Part shown: positions 33,513 to 42,849 of the stretch, piece after piece
Numbering within the stretch: position 1 is the stretch's first letter
Layout: every line of letters begins with the position of its first letter
Assembly: GCA_040753495.1 (NCBI GenBank)
Contig: JBFMEF010000048.1
Span: 1,594-65,593, forward strand
DNA length: 64,000 nt
DNA from: Candidatus Zixiibacteriota bacterium
GTDB lineage: Bacteria; Zixibacteria; MSB-5A5; GN15; PGXB01
Direction of reading: 5' to 3'
Notes under the pieces: generated by a model
Databases searched by the model: none
What the model was told of the DNA's origin: nothing
The model's input: only the letters and a program-made list of their open reading frames with translations
Translations under genes and position numbers: made by a program

Positions 33513-34643
33513 ATGAACCTCAAACAGATGCTTGTTGAGATGCTCAGCCGCAATGCATCCGACCTGCATATCCGTGTCGGCATTCGTCCGCACATTCGTG
33601 TCAATGGTCATCTGGAGCAGATATCGACTACCCCTATCACCATAGACGAAATGGAAAACGTTGTCAGCCAGATTCTCAATGAGCAGCAACTGGAGCGGTT
33701 CCGGAAGAAGAACGAGATGGACCTGGCGCTTTCGGTTGCCAAACTGGGACGATTTCGTATAAACCTCTTCCGCCAGCGGGGAACCAGCGGTATCGCCATC
33801 CGCGCCGTCAATACCAATGTCCCTTCCTTTGATGAATTGAATCTTCCCGATACCATTCGAAAACTGGCAATGGAACGGCGCGGTCTAATCATAATCACGG
33901 GAACTACCGGTTCCGGTAAATCAACCACTCTGGCGGCGATGATTGAGCATATGAATGAAAACAGGGATGACAATATCCTGACCATCGAAGACCCTATAGA
34001 ATATATCTACCGCGATAAAAAGTCTATCATAAGCCAGCGCGAGGTGGGCGCCGATACCGAGACTTTTGCCTCGGCTTTGCGCCATGCCTTTCGTCAGGAC
34101 CCCGATGTGATTCTGATAGGAGAAATCCGCGACCTGGATACGATGTCGATTGCGTTGACGGCCGCCGATACCGGTCATCTGGTCTTGACAACGCTTCACA
34201 CTCTCAATGCGGTGGAGACCCTGTCGCGCATAATCTCCTTTTTCCCGCCCCATCAGCATCAACAGATTCGGCTGCTTCTGGCGGGAACGCTGAAATCGAT
34301 TGTCTGCCAGCGGCTGCTGGCTCGAACCGATATGCCGGGACGAGTACCGGCGCTGGAAATTCTTATATCGACGGCGGCAGTTCGCGATTATATTGTTAAT
34401 CAGGATAAGACCTCGAGCATTCCCGACCTGATTGAGCAGGGGGGACAGTACGGAATGATAACTTTTGACCAGTCGATTATGCATCTTTACAGGAGCGGGA
34501 TGATTTCGTTTGAAGAGGCGATGAATCAGTGTACCAACCCGGACGACTTTGACTTACGGGTCAAGGGTATCACCGGAGCGTCCGAGCGGTGGCAATCCGG
34601 GGAGCCACAGGCAGAAAAAGAAGGCGACATTCATCGTTTTTAA
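33513..34643 (+). CDS. pilT: type IV pilus retraction ATPase PilT family
   Basis: 376 aa with an AGGAGG SD. It has Walker A GTTGSGKSTTLAAM, Walker B ILIGEIRD and the His box GHLVLTTLHT. The N-terminal ASDLHI motif is present. Confidence 0.85.
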   Translation: MNLKQMLVEMLSRNASDLHIRVGIRPHIRVNGHLEQISTTPITIDEMENVVSQILNEQQLERFRKKNEMDLALSVAKLGRFRINLFRQRGTSGIAIRAVNTNVPSFDELNLPDTIRKLAMERRGLIIITGTTGSGKSTTLAAMIEHMNENRDDNILTIEDPIEYIYRDKKSIISQREVGADTETFASALRHAFRQDPDVILIGEIRDLDTMSIALTAADTGHLVLTTLHTLNAVETLSRIISFFPPHQHQQIRLLLAGTLKSIVCQRLLARTDMPGRVPALEILISTAAVRDYIVNQDKTSSIPDLIEQGGQYGMITFDQSIMHLYRSGMISFEEAMNQCTNPDDFDLRVKGITGASERWQSGEPQAEKEGDIHRF

Positions 34644-34692
34644 TGTATATTAGTCTGATTGGAAATCGGACTGGATTGGAGAATAGGAATCT

Positions 34693-36087
34693 TTGTTTAA
34701 GAAGATATTAATTGCCAATCGCGGCGAAATTGCGCTGCGGGTAATCCGCGCCTGCCGCGAGTTAGGAATAAAGACAGTTGCCGTTTACAGCGAAGCCGAT
34801 CGCGCCTCGCTTCATGTTCGTTTTGCCGATGAAGATGTTTGCATCGGTCCGGCGCCGGCCGGCTCCAGCTATCTGGACGCCAAGCGAATAATCTCCGCCG
34901 CCGAAGTAACCAACGCCGACGCTATTCATCCCGGGTACGGATTTCTTGCCGAAAACGCCGAGTTTGCCGAAATCTGCGAATCCTGCGGAATTACTTTCAT
35001 CGGTCCTAAACCGGACATGATTCGAAAAATGGGCGACAAGAACATCGCCAAGCAAACGATGCGCGAAGCCGGGATACCGGTGATACCCGGTTCGGAAGGA
35101 ATTGTCGGCACACTCGATGAAGCCAAATCGATTGCCGCGGAAATTGGTTATCCGGTGATGATAAAAGCCGTTGCCGGCGGCGGCGGCAAGGGGATGCGAC
35201 TCTGTCGCGACGAGACCGAACTGGAGAACAACTTTCCCATGGCTCGGGTCGAAGCCGAGGCCGCTTTCAAGAATCCCGATGTCTATCTGGAAAAGGCTAT
35301 TTTGAGCCCGCATCATGTTGAAATTCAGTTGATGGGCGATTCCTATGGCAATATCATTCATTTCGGAGAAAGAGACTGCAGTATCCAGAGACGTCATCAA
35401 AAACTTGTTGAGGAATGTCCTTCGCCTCTGGTGACTCCGGAACTTCGGGCTATCATGGGACGCACCGCCGTCCTGGGCGCCGCTACTATTCAATATCTGG
35501 GAGCCGGGACTATTGAATTCCTGGTCGATGCCGACCTCAATTTTTATTTTATGGAGATGAACACCCGTATTCAGGTGGAGCATCCGATTACCGAAGAAGC
35601 GACCGACATTGATTTGGTGAAAGAACAGATTCGGGTGGCCGCCGGAGAAAAACTGCGCTACCGTCAGGAAGATATCATTCTCAAGTGGCATGCCATAGAA
35701 GCCCGCATCAACGCCGAAGACCCGGACAAAGATTTTCGCCCGGCGCCGGGCGAGATTACCTCGTTCCATGTTCCCGGCGGGCATGGCATTCGGGTGGATA
35801 CCGCCGCCTACGCCAAATATGTCATCCCCCCTTATTATGACTCGATGATTGCCAAGTTGATTGTGCGGGCGCAAACCCGGCGGGAAGCGATTGAAAAGAT
35901 GAAATATGCCCTGGAGGAGTTCATCATTGAGGGAATTCCCACCACGGTCAGTTACCATAAAAAGATATTCAGTCATCCTGATTTCATAAACGGCCAGTTC
36001 GACACATCCTTCATCTACCGCATGGGAGAGGCTGAAAAACAGACCAAAGAAATCACGACTAAATCGACTGAGGATGAGCAAAAATAG
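34693..36087 (+). CDS. accC: acetyl-CoA carboxylase biotin carboxylase subunit
   Basis: TTG start with a GGAG upstream. [23 protein letters not shown], the ATP-grasp GGGGKGM, and [14 protein letters not shown] are present. Confidence 0.93.
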   Translation: MFKKILIANRGEIALRVIRACRELGIKTVAVYSEADRASLHVRFADEDVCIGPAPAGSSYLDAKRIISAAEVTNADAIHPGYGFLAENAEFAEICESCGITFIGPKPDMIRKMGDKNIAKQTMREAGIPVIPGSEGIVGTLDEAKSIAAEIGYPVMIKAVAGGGGKGMRLCRDETELENNFPMARVEAEAAFKNPDVYLEKAILSPHHVEIQLMGDSYGNIIHFGERDCSIQRRHQKLVEECPSPLVTPELRAIMGRTAVLGAATIQYLGAGTIEFLVDADLNFYFMEMNTRIQVEHPITEEATDIDLVKEQIRVAAGEKLRYRQEDIILKWHAIEARINAEDPDKDFRPAPGEITSFHVPGGHGIRVDTAAYAKYVIPPYYDSMIAKLIVRAQTRREAIEKMKYALEEFIIEGIPTTVSYHKKIFSHPDFINGQFDTSFIYRMGEAEKQTKEITTKSTEDEQK

Positions 36088-36099
36088 AGGAGGTGTTTT

Positions 36100-36477
36100 T
36101 TGAACATTCCATCAGACCTGAAATATACCAAAGAGCATGAATGGGTTAAAATGGATGGGGATATTGCTACGGTCGGAATAACAGATTTCGCGCAGGGGGA
36201 ACTGGGGGATGTGGTCTTCGTAGAGCTGCCGTCGGTCGGGACCAAAGTCAAGGCGCTTCAGCCCTTCGGGACAATTGAAGCGGTGAAAGCGGTTTCCGAA
36301 ATATTCGCGCCGGTTTCCGGCGAAGTCGCCGGAGTCAATACAAGTCTGGAAGGCGACCCGACGGCGGTCAATCGCGACTGTTACGGGGAAGGATGGATGA
36401 TTAAAATCAAGACTAACGACCCCTCAGAACTGGGGAAACTTCTCACCGCTGATGATTACAGAAAACTTGTCGAATAG
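36100..36477 (+). CDS. gcvH: glycine cleavage system H protein
   Basis: TTG start 6 nt after GGAGGTG. YTKEHEWV and the lipoyl-lysine motif TIEAVKAVSE are present. Confidence 0.92.
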   Translation: MNIPSDLKYTKEHEWVKMDGDIATVGITDFAQGELGDVVFVELPSVGTKVKALQPFGTIEAVKAVSEIFAPVSGEVAGVNTSLEGDPTAVNRDCYGEGWMIKIKTNDPSELGKLLTADDYRKLVE

Positions 36478-36492
36478 GATTGTCTTCCGTCT

Positions 36493-37860
36493 ATGTCATA
36501 TATACCGAATACCGACGATGACCGTCGGATAATGCTTGAAAAAATCGGGGTTAAGAATTTTGAGGAATTGCTGAAGCCGATTCCGTCGGCGATTCAGATG
36601 AAGTCGCCGCTCGACCTTCCGGCGCCGCTGCCGGAGATGGAATTGCTGCGGGAGATGGAAGAAATCTCTCTTAAGAACAAGACCGGACTGGTAATTTTTG
36701 CCGGCGGTGGGGTCTATGACCATTTCATCCCTTCGGCGCTGGGGACCATTTTGAGCCGGCCGGAGTTTGTAACGGCATACACCCCCTACCAGGCAGAGGT
36801 AGCGCAGGGGACGCTTCAGGTAATATACGAATTTCAGACCAACATCTGCCGTCTAAGCGGAATGGATGCCGCCAACGCCTCGATGTATGACGGTGCCTCG
36901 GCCGCTGCCGAAGCGGTCCATCTGGCGCTGGCGCATACCCGTCGGAATAAGGTCGTCATTTCCGATACGGTCAGCCCGCTCTATCGCGATGTCATAAAGA
37001 CCTATCTCTCCGGATTGAATGTCGAGATAGTCATTATTCCAAATAGTAAAGGGGTGACCGACCTGGAGCAGGTGCGCCAGGCGGTTGACAGCAATACCGC
37101 GGCTCTTCTTATGGCGCAACCGAACTTTTTCGGACTGGTTGAGGATGTTGAGCCGGCGGCTAATCTGATTCATAATAGCGGCGGGCTATTTTTAGAGGCC
37201 GTTGACCCGATTGCGGCGGCTCTTCTGAAAACGCCGGCCGGGTGCGGCGCCGACATCGCCGTAGGCGAGGGGCAGCCGCTGGGGATTCCTATGAATTTCG
37301 GCGGACCGCTGGTCGGTTTTTTTGCCGTCAAAAAAGAGCTGATAAGACTGATGCCAGGAAGACTGGCAGCGCGCACCATTGACGAAGAAGGCAAGCCCGG
37401 CTTTGTTCTGACCCTGCAGACCCGTGAGCAGCATATCCGACGAGAGAAAGCAACTTCTAATATCTGCACCAATCAGGCGCTTTGCGCCACGACGGCAACT
37501 GTTTATCTGGCGCTGCTGGGCAAACAAGGGCTGAAGAAGGTGGCGCTCCTCTGTCTGGATAAAACCCACCAGGCGGCTGAAAAACTGGCAGCGCTGCCGG
37601 GATTTTCCGCCTACTTCCCCGGCGATTATTTCCGCGAAACCGTTATCCGAACACCGCTTCCTGCCGGTCAATTAATTGAGATTATGATTGACCGCCATGG
37701 GATAATGCCGGGAATTGACCTGGGACGATTTTATCCCGATATGAAAGATGCGCTTCTTGTCGCCGTAACAGAGAAGCGGACCGACGCCGAAATCGCCGCC
37801 TTTGCCCGGGCGATGCAGGAGGCGGCAGCGGTGGCAGTCTTATCGCCCGCGAAGCGATAG
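36493..37860 (+). CDS. gcvPA: glycine dehydrogenase (decarboxylating) subunit 1
   Basis: 455 aa. TAYTPYQAEVAQGTLQ and ATSNICTNQAL are typical of the P-protein alpha subunit. Confidence 0.92.
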   Translation: MSYIPNTDDDRRIMLEKIGVKNFEELLKPIPSAIQMKSPLDLPAPLPEMELLREMEEISLKNKTGLVIFAGGGVYDHFIPSALGTILSRPEFVTAYTPYQAEVAQGTLQVIYEFQTNICRLSGMDAANASMYDGASAAAEAVHLALAHTRRNKVVISDTVSPLYRDVIKTYLSGLNVEIVIIPNSKGVTDLEQVRQAVDSNTAALLMAQPNFFGLVEDVEPAANLIHNSGGLFLEAVDPIAAALLKTPAGCGADIAVGEGQPLGIPMNFGGPLVGFFAVKKELIRLMPGRLAARTIDEEGKPGFVLTLQTREQHIRREKATSNICTNQALCATTATVYLALLGKQGLKKVALLCLDKTHQAAEKLAALPGFSAYFPGDYFRETVIRTPLPAGQLIEIMIDRHGIMPGIDLGRFYPDMKDALLVAVTEKRTDAEIAAFARAMQEAAAVAVLSPAKR

Positions 37861-37957
37861 AGGACCTTAGATTGTTTTGTAAACAAAGAATCTCGTTAGG
37901 TTATCGTAAAACTTGAATACGATAAGGAAATCATAAATTTTAGTTACTGGAGATGTT

Positions 37958-38845
37958 ATGAGAAAAGGGAGAACGTTAGGGTTGATGGTGGTCTGCTTCA
38001 GTCTGGCGGCGATTCTATCTCTTGCCGGATGTTCCAAAAAAGCCGAGGTGGTAGCGCCGACCAAGATCGAATTTGCCACCAGTTATGAGCAGGCGTTGCA
38101 GCTGGCGCAGCAGAAAAATCAGAAACTGCTAATCGACTTCTATACCGACTGGTGCACCTGGTGCAAACGTTTGGACACCGTGACATTTGTCGATTCCGCG
38201 GTTATCGCCATGTCGAACAATATCGTTTTTGCGCGGATTAATGCCGAGCAGGATACCATAACCGCCCGCAAGTATGGCGTGAGCGGCTATCCCACGGTAG
38301 TGTTTGCCAACAGCGACGGCACCGAAATCGACCGCATCGCCGGTTTCCTGCCGCCGCCTGATTTTATCGGGACGATAACCGACTACACTAATGATATTCA
38401 TACTTTGAACTACTATCTGCGTCAAGCCGACAGCGGCGCCACCAATGAACTAAATGCCATTATCGGCGAAAAATATGCTGATCGGGGTATGTACACGGAA
38501 GCGGAGATGTACTTCCAGAGGATTATTGATGCCGACCCGGAAAATAAAGAAGGCTATACCGACAAGGCGATGATGGCGGTCGCCGACCTGAAACGTCGGG
38601 GTAAGAATTTCGATGACGCGATGGCGATTTTTGGAAAAGTCCGGAAACAGTTCGCCGGAACCGAAATGGCGACCGACGCTGAAATCTGGACCGCTATCTG
38701 TCTGCGCCAGAAAGGGGATACCACCGCTGCAATTAAAGCCTTCGAAGACTTTATCGCCAATAATCCGGCCAGCGCCGACACTACTTATGCCCGGCAGCAG
38801 ATAGAAAAACTAAAAAATCCGGACACAACCAGCGCGTCAAATTAA
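37958..38845 (+). CDS. thioredoxin-fold (CxxC) lipoprotein with C-terminal TPR region
   Basis: The signal peptide plus lipobox is LSLAGC. The thioredoxin-like motif is LLIDFYTDWCTWCKRLD. The C-terminal half has TPR-like helices. Confidence 0.75.
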   Translation: MRKGRTLGLMVVCFSLAAILSLAGCSKKAEVVAPTKIEFATSYEQALQLAQQKNQKLLIDFYTDWCTWCKRLDTVTFVDSAVIAMSNNIVFARINAEQDTITARKYGVSGYPTVVFANSDGTEIDRIAGFLPPPDFIGTITDYTNDIHTLNYYLRQADSGATNELNAIIGEKYADRGMYTEAEMYFQRIIDADPENKEGYTDKAMMAVADLKRRGKNFDDAMAIFGKVRKQFAGTEMATDAEIWTAICLRQKGDTTAAIKAFEDFIANNPASADTTYARQQIEKLKNPDTTSASN

Positions 38846-38869
38846 CGGAAGCGAGCGAATTGCAGCATA

Positions 38870-40324
38870 ATGAATAAACAGATTTTGATTCATGAGAAAT
38901 CCCGGGCGGGAAGAGTCGGGACACCAATGCCGGAGCCATCCCGCTCGGAGCAGGAACTTCTGAATTTGATTCCCCAAAAGTACCGGCGGGATGTCGATGC
39001 CCCTATGCCGGAGGTGACCGAAGGGGAAGTGATGAGGCATTATGTCGGGCTTTCGGTGAAAAATCATCATATCGACAAAGGCTTTTATCCTCTCGGCTCC
39101 TGCACGATGAAATATAATCCGAAACTCAATGACCGGGCGGCTTCGCTGCCCGGGTTTGCCGAGCAGCATCCGCTGGCACCCTGTCGGACCGCCGCTGGCT
39201 CCCTCCAGATTATGTATGAGCTGGAAGGATATCTCAGGGAGATTTCGGGATTCGACGCCGTATCGCTGCAGCCGGTCGCCGGAGCGCAGGGAGAATTTGT
39301 CGGACTGCTGATAATCCGGGCATATCACAAGGACAAAGGAAATCCCCGCCGGAAAATCTTGATTCCGGATTCGGCGCACGGAACCAATCCGGCGTCGGTC
39401 AGCCTCGCCGGATACGAGACCGTTCAGATCAAATCAAATGAAAATGGCATTATCTCTCCTGAGACAGTCGCCTCCGCCATTGACAGCGAGACGGCGGCGT
39501 TGATGCTGACCAATCCCAATACGCTGGGATTGTTTGAGTCGAAGATTGCCGAGGTGGCAAAGATTGTGCATGACGCCGGAGCGCTGCTCTATATGGATGG
39601 CGCCAATCTGAATGCCCAGTTGGGCATTGTCCAGCCGGGGAAAATCGGATTCGATATTCTTCATTTCAATCTTCACAAGACTTTCTCGACTCCGCATGGC
39701 GGCGGCGGTCCCGGCGCGGGTGCGGTCGGGGTCGTAAAAAGGCTCGAGCCATATCTGCCGGCGCCGGTCTTGTCGAAGAAAGCCGATGAGGATAATCGTC
39801 TGTTCCTGGATTATGACCGCCCCAAATCAATTGGAAGGGTTCACTCCTTTTACGGCAATTTTGCCAATTCGATTCGGGCCTATGCTTACATCCGAACCTT
39901 AGGCGCCAGAGGGCTTAGAGATATCTCTGAAAACGCCATACTGAACGCCAATTATCTTAAGGAACTCTTAAAAGAGCGCTTCGATATGCCGTATGATTCG
40001 GTCTGTCAGCATGAATTTGTGCTTTCCTGCACCCGTCAGAAAAAACTGGGCGCAAAGGCGCTGGATATCGCCAAAAGGCTCCTTGATTTCGGATTTCATG
40101 CCCCAACCGTTTATTTCCCGCTGATAGTCCCGGAAGCATTCATGATTGAGCCGACCGAAACCGAGAGCCGGGAAACGCTGGAGGCATTTGCCGAGACTCT
40201 AATCGCAATAGCGGCAGAAGTGGAGACCGATGCGGAAAAGCTGCATCATGCTCCTTTCACAACCCCGGTCCGCCGGCTGGATGAAGTCAAGGCGGCGCGT
40301 GAGCTTGATATCTGCTACAAGTGA
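38870..40324 (+). CDS. gcvPB: glycine dehydrogenase (decarboxylating) subunit 2
   Basis: 484 aa with the PLP-lysine region HFNLHKTFSTPHGGGGPG. Confidence 0.92.
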   Translation: MNKQILIHEKSRAGRVGTPMPEPSRSEQELLNLIPQKYRRDVDAPMPEVTEGEVMRHYVGLSVKNHHIDKGFYPLGSCTMKYNPKLNDRAASLPGFAEQHPLAPCRTAAGSLQIMYELEGYLREISGFDAVSLQPVAGAQGEFVGLLIIRAYHKDKGNPRRKILIPDSAHGTNPASVSLAGYETVQIKSNENGIISPETVASAIDSETAALMLTNPNTLGLFESKIAEVAKIVHDAGALLYMDGANLNAQLGIVQPGKIGFDILHFNLHKTFSTPHGGGGPGAGAVGVVKRLEPYLPAPVLSKKADEDNRLFLDYDRPKSIGRVHSFYGNFANSIRAYAYIRTLGARGLRDISENAILNANYLKELLKERFDMPYDSVCQHEFVLSCTRQKKLGAKALDIAKRLLDFGFHAPTVYFPLIVPEAFMIEPTETESRETLEAFAETLIAIAAEVETDAEKLHHAPFTTPVRRLDEVKAARELDICYK

Positions 40325-40373
40325 GAAAGTCTCGAAAATAAGCGCGATTGAGTTTGAATTGACTTGAATTTCT

Positions 40374-40410
40374 CCGCCGATGGCGTTAATTACCCCATCG
40401 GCGGTTTCTT
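40374..40410 (+). terminator. rho-independent terminator after gcvPB
   Basis: A 10-bp perfect stem (ccgccgatgg / ccatcggcgg) with an 11-nt loop, followed by tttctt. It ends immediately before the ATG at 40411. Confidence 0.55.
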
Positions 40411-41997
40411 ATGATTAAATTCTCTGACGTCACTTATCGTTACCCGCAGGGGATTCGGGGTGTTGATGGGCTAAGCCTGGAAATAGGCTCCGGCGAGAAA
40501 TGCGCCATTATCGGCAACAACGGCTCCGGCAAGACAACATTTGCTTTGCTTGCAAAAGGATTGCTTAAAGCGGAGTCGGGACAGATCGAAATCGACGATC
40601 TGAATCCGGCTGCGATGGCCGACAGCAAGGCTCTCAAAAGAAAAATCGGACTGGTATTTCAAAATCCCGATAATCAGTTAGTGGCATCAACGGTGGAAAG
40701 GGAAATCGCTTTTACCCTCGAAAATCTGAATATGCCCCGAGTCGAAATGAAGGAGCGGGTAGAGAATATGCTCCGTCTGTTCTATTTGGATGACAAACGA
40801 GAACGGCTGACATCACAACTTTCCGGCGGAGAAAAACAGAAACTGGCGCTGGCATCAGTAATGGCGGCATCGCCGGAGATTCTAATACTGGACGAGCCGG
40901 GGTCGTTTCTGGATGAAGCCGGAAAACGGCTCCTGCGTGAGGTTTTAGACCGGTTGCTTTCGACTCATCCCCTTCTGACCGTTGTGCGAATAACGCAATA
41001 CTCTTACATAGCAGAACAGTATCCGCGTCTAATCGTACTGAGCAAAGGAAAGGTTCTTCTCTCGGGAACTCCGGACGAGACATTTTCCAATCCGGCGCTC
41101 TGCCGGGAAGCCGGAATTGAGCCGCCGCTTCGTCACCGGCTGCGCCGTGGCCCGCTCGAATCGGCAAAGAAAATAGTCCCGACTACCGCGGGAAACCTAC
41201 CGGTGCATCAGATAAAAGTCCAAACCCTCGAATTCGCCTATCAAAATGGCTCTGCCGGCGCTCGATTATTTTGCGGCGAATCATTGGAGATTGACAACCG
41301 TTCAGTTTATGGGCTGGTGGGTCCCTCGGGAAGCGGAAAAAGCACGCTGATACAACTAATGGCGAAACTCCTGAAGCCGGACCGCGGCCAAATCCTGTAT
41401 ATTGATTTCGATTCGGACAATCCCCGTCTGGCGGTCTCGTTTCAGCATCCCGAGCGGCAGTTTTTTCTTGAAACCGTGGAGAAGGAGATTCGCTTCGGCG
41501 CGGAAAATTTCGGCATCGCTGACATTGACCGGATATCGCAGGACTGTTACCGGATGGTGGGACTGGACCGGGCGGAATTTTTCAATCGCGACCCTTTCAG
41601 TCTTTCCGGCGGCGAAAAACGCCGGCTGGCATTTGCCGCCATACTCTCCATGAAACCGTCATACATCTTTTTTGACGAACCGACCAGCGGTTTGGATGCC
41701 GAAGGGATTGGGCATTTTCGGTGCCTGGTGAAATCGCTTCAAGAACAGGGGGTCGGAGTCCTGATAATTTCGCATTATGGGAATATTATCTTTGACTTAT
41801 GCCAGCGAATAATCACCCTCAATCAAGGGAAAATCGAAAGCATTTTGAGCCGGGAGGAGTTTTTTTGCAGCGCCGCTTACCGCAGTTTTCTTTCGGAGCC
41901 GGAAGTCATTTCTTTTCAACTTCAGGAATGGGGGGAAATCCGGCGCTTCGATGAGGCGGGACTTATTGAGGAATTGGGGTATAAAATAGCCGAATGA
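40411..41997 (+). CDS. ECF/CbiO-type ABC transporter ATPase with duplicated ATPase domains
   Basis: 528 aa with two Walker A motifs (GNNGSGKTT, GPSGSGKST), two signature motifs (LSGGEKQKL, LSGGEKRRL) and two Walker B motifs (ILILDEP, YIFFDEP). Confidence 0.85.
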   Translation: MIKFSDVTYRYPQGIRGVDGLSLEIGSGEKCAIIGNNGSGKTTFALLAKGLLKAESGQIEIDDLNPAAMADSKALKRKIGLVFQNPDNQLVASTVEREIAFTLENLNMPRVEMKERVENMLRLFYLDDKRERLTSQLSGGEKQKLALASVMAASPEILILDEPGSFLDEAGKRLLREVLDRLLSTHPLLTVVRITQYSYIAEQYPRLIVLSKGKVLLSGTPDETFSNPALCREAGIEPPLRHRLRRGPLESAKKIVPTTAGNLPVHQIKVQTLEFAYQNGSAGARLFCGESLEIDNRSVYGLVGPSGSGKSTLIQLMAKLLKPDRGQILYIDFDSDNPRLAVSFQHPERQFFLETVEKEIRFGAENFGIADIDRISQDCYRMVGLDRAEFFNRDPFSLSGGEKRRLAFAAILSMKPSYIFFDEPTSGLDAEGIGHFRCLVKSLQEQGVGVLIISHYGNIIFDLCQRIITLNQGKIESILSREEFFCSAAYRSFLSEPEVISFQLQEWGEIRRFDEAGLIEELGYKIAE

Positions 41998-42060
41998 GGG
42001 GCTTCACCCCTCAAGTCTTCAGCCGCTTTCTGTTTTCCCTGAAATTTTTTCAGAAACTGC

Positions 42061-42088
42061 TTGACGCCCGAAAAATTAATGATATAAT
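42061..42088 (+). promoter_or_regulatory. candidate sigma70-type promoter of the pyr operon
   Basis: TTGACG (42061-42066), then 16 nt, then a perfect TATAAT (42083-42088). Confidence 0.45.
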
Positions 42089-42104
42089 CGCTTTGGTTTT
42101 TTGA

Positions 42105-42137
42105 CCTTTTAAAGCCGTCCGGAGAGGCGGCAAAAGG
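42105..42137 (+). promoter_or_regulatory. PyrR-binding RNA hairpin (pyr leader attenuator element)
   Basis: ccuuuuAAAGCCGUCCGGAGAGGCGGCAAAAGG has an outer stem (ccuuuu/aaaagg), an inner stem (gccg/cggc) and the loop UCCGGAGAGG. This resembles the Bacillus PyrR binding-loop consensus ..UCCAGAGAGGCU..AAGG. A U-rich tract (42190-42196) and a possible long-range pairing (42136-42147 with 42188-42199) lie downstream. Confidence 0.55.
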
Positions 42138-42240
42138 AAGAAATGATAAGTGTTATCAGCAACGTATTCCAAACCATAGTTTTCAAATCATTTTTTCCTC
42201 CGGTATGTGTCAGCTATAAATTCATCTCAACGGAGGCGGT

Positions 42241-42849
42241 GTGACCAGGGAAAAGATAGAAGAAGTCCTTGATGAAAAGGGGATTGCGCGCGCCATAACG
42301 CGGATCTCGCACGAAATCCTCGAAAAAAACGGCGGCGCGGAATCGCTGGTGATAATCGGAATTTTGAGTCGCGGCGCCGATATCGCTAAACGAATCGCGG
42401 ATAGAATTCGTGAAATTGAAGACCGCGATATCCCGGTTGGTCTGATGGATATCAATCTCTATCGCGATGATACCCATTTCAAACTGGACCAGCCCGTCAT
42501 ACAGAGAACTGAGATTTTGTTCGATGTGGCGGGGCGGAATCTGATACTGGTTGATGATGTTCTGTTCACGGGACGAACCATCCGGGCGGCGCTGGACCAG
42601 ATAATCGATTTTGGGAGACCGAAATCAATTCAACTGGCGGTCCTGATAGACCGGGGGCATCGGGAACTGCCTATCAGACCGGATTTTGTAGGAAAGAATA
42701 TTCCGACTGCGGCCGATGACCGCGTGCTGGTGCGGCTAAATGAAACCGACGGACGGGAAGGGGTTTTTGTGGTGAAAGGCGGCATGAAAAAGCCGGTTCC
42801 GGAAATTGTGGCCTCGAAAAAACGCCGGGCGAAAGGGGGAAAGAAATAA
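42241..42849 (+). CDS. pyrR: bifunctional pyr mRNA-binding attenuation protein / uracil phosphoribosyltransferase
   Basis: GTG start 5 nt after GGAGGCGG. ITRISHEILEKN, the PRPP loop LILVDDVLFTGRTIRAAL, and DRGHRELPIRPDFVGKN are present. Confidence 0.9.
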   Translation: MTREKIEEVLDEKGIARAITRISHEILEKNGGAESLVIIGILSRGADIAKRIADRIREIEDRDIPVGLMDINLYRDDTHFKLDQPVIQRTEILFDVAGRNLILVDDVLFTGRTIRAALDQIIDFGRPKSIQLAVLIDRGHRELPIRPDFVGKNIPTAADDRVLVRLNETDGREGVFVVKGGMKKPVPEIVASKKRRAKGGKK

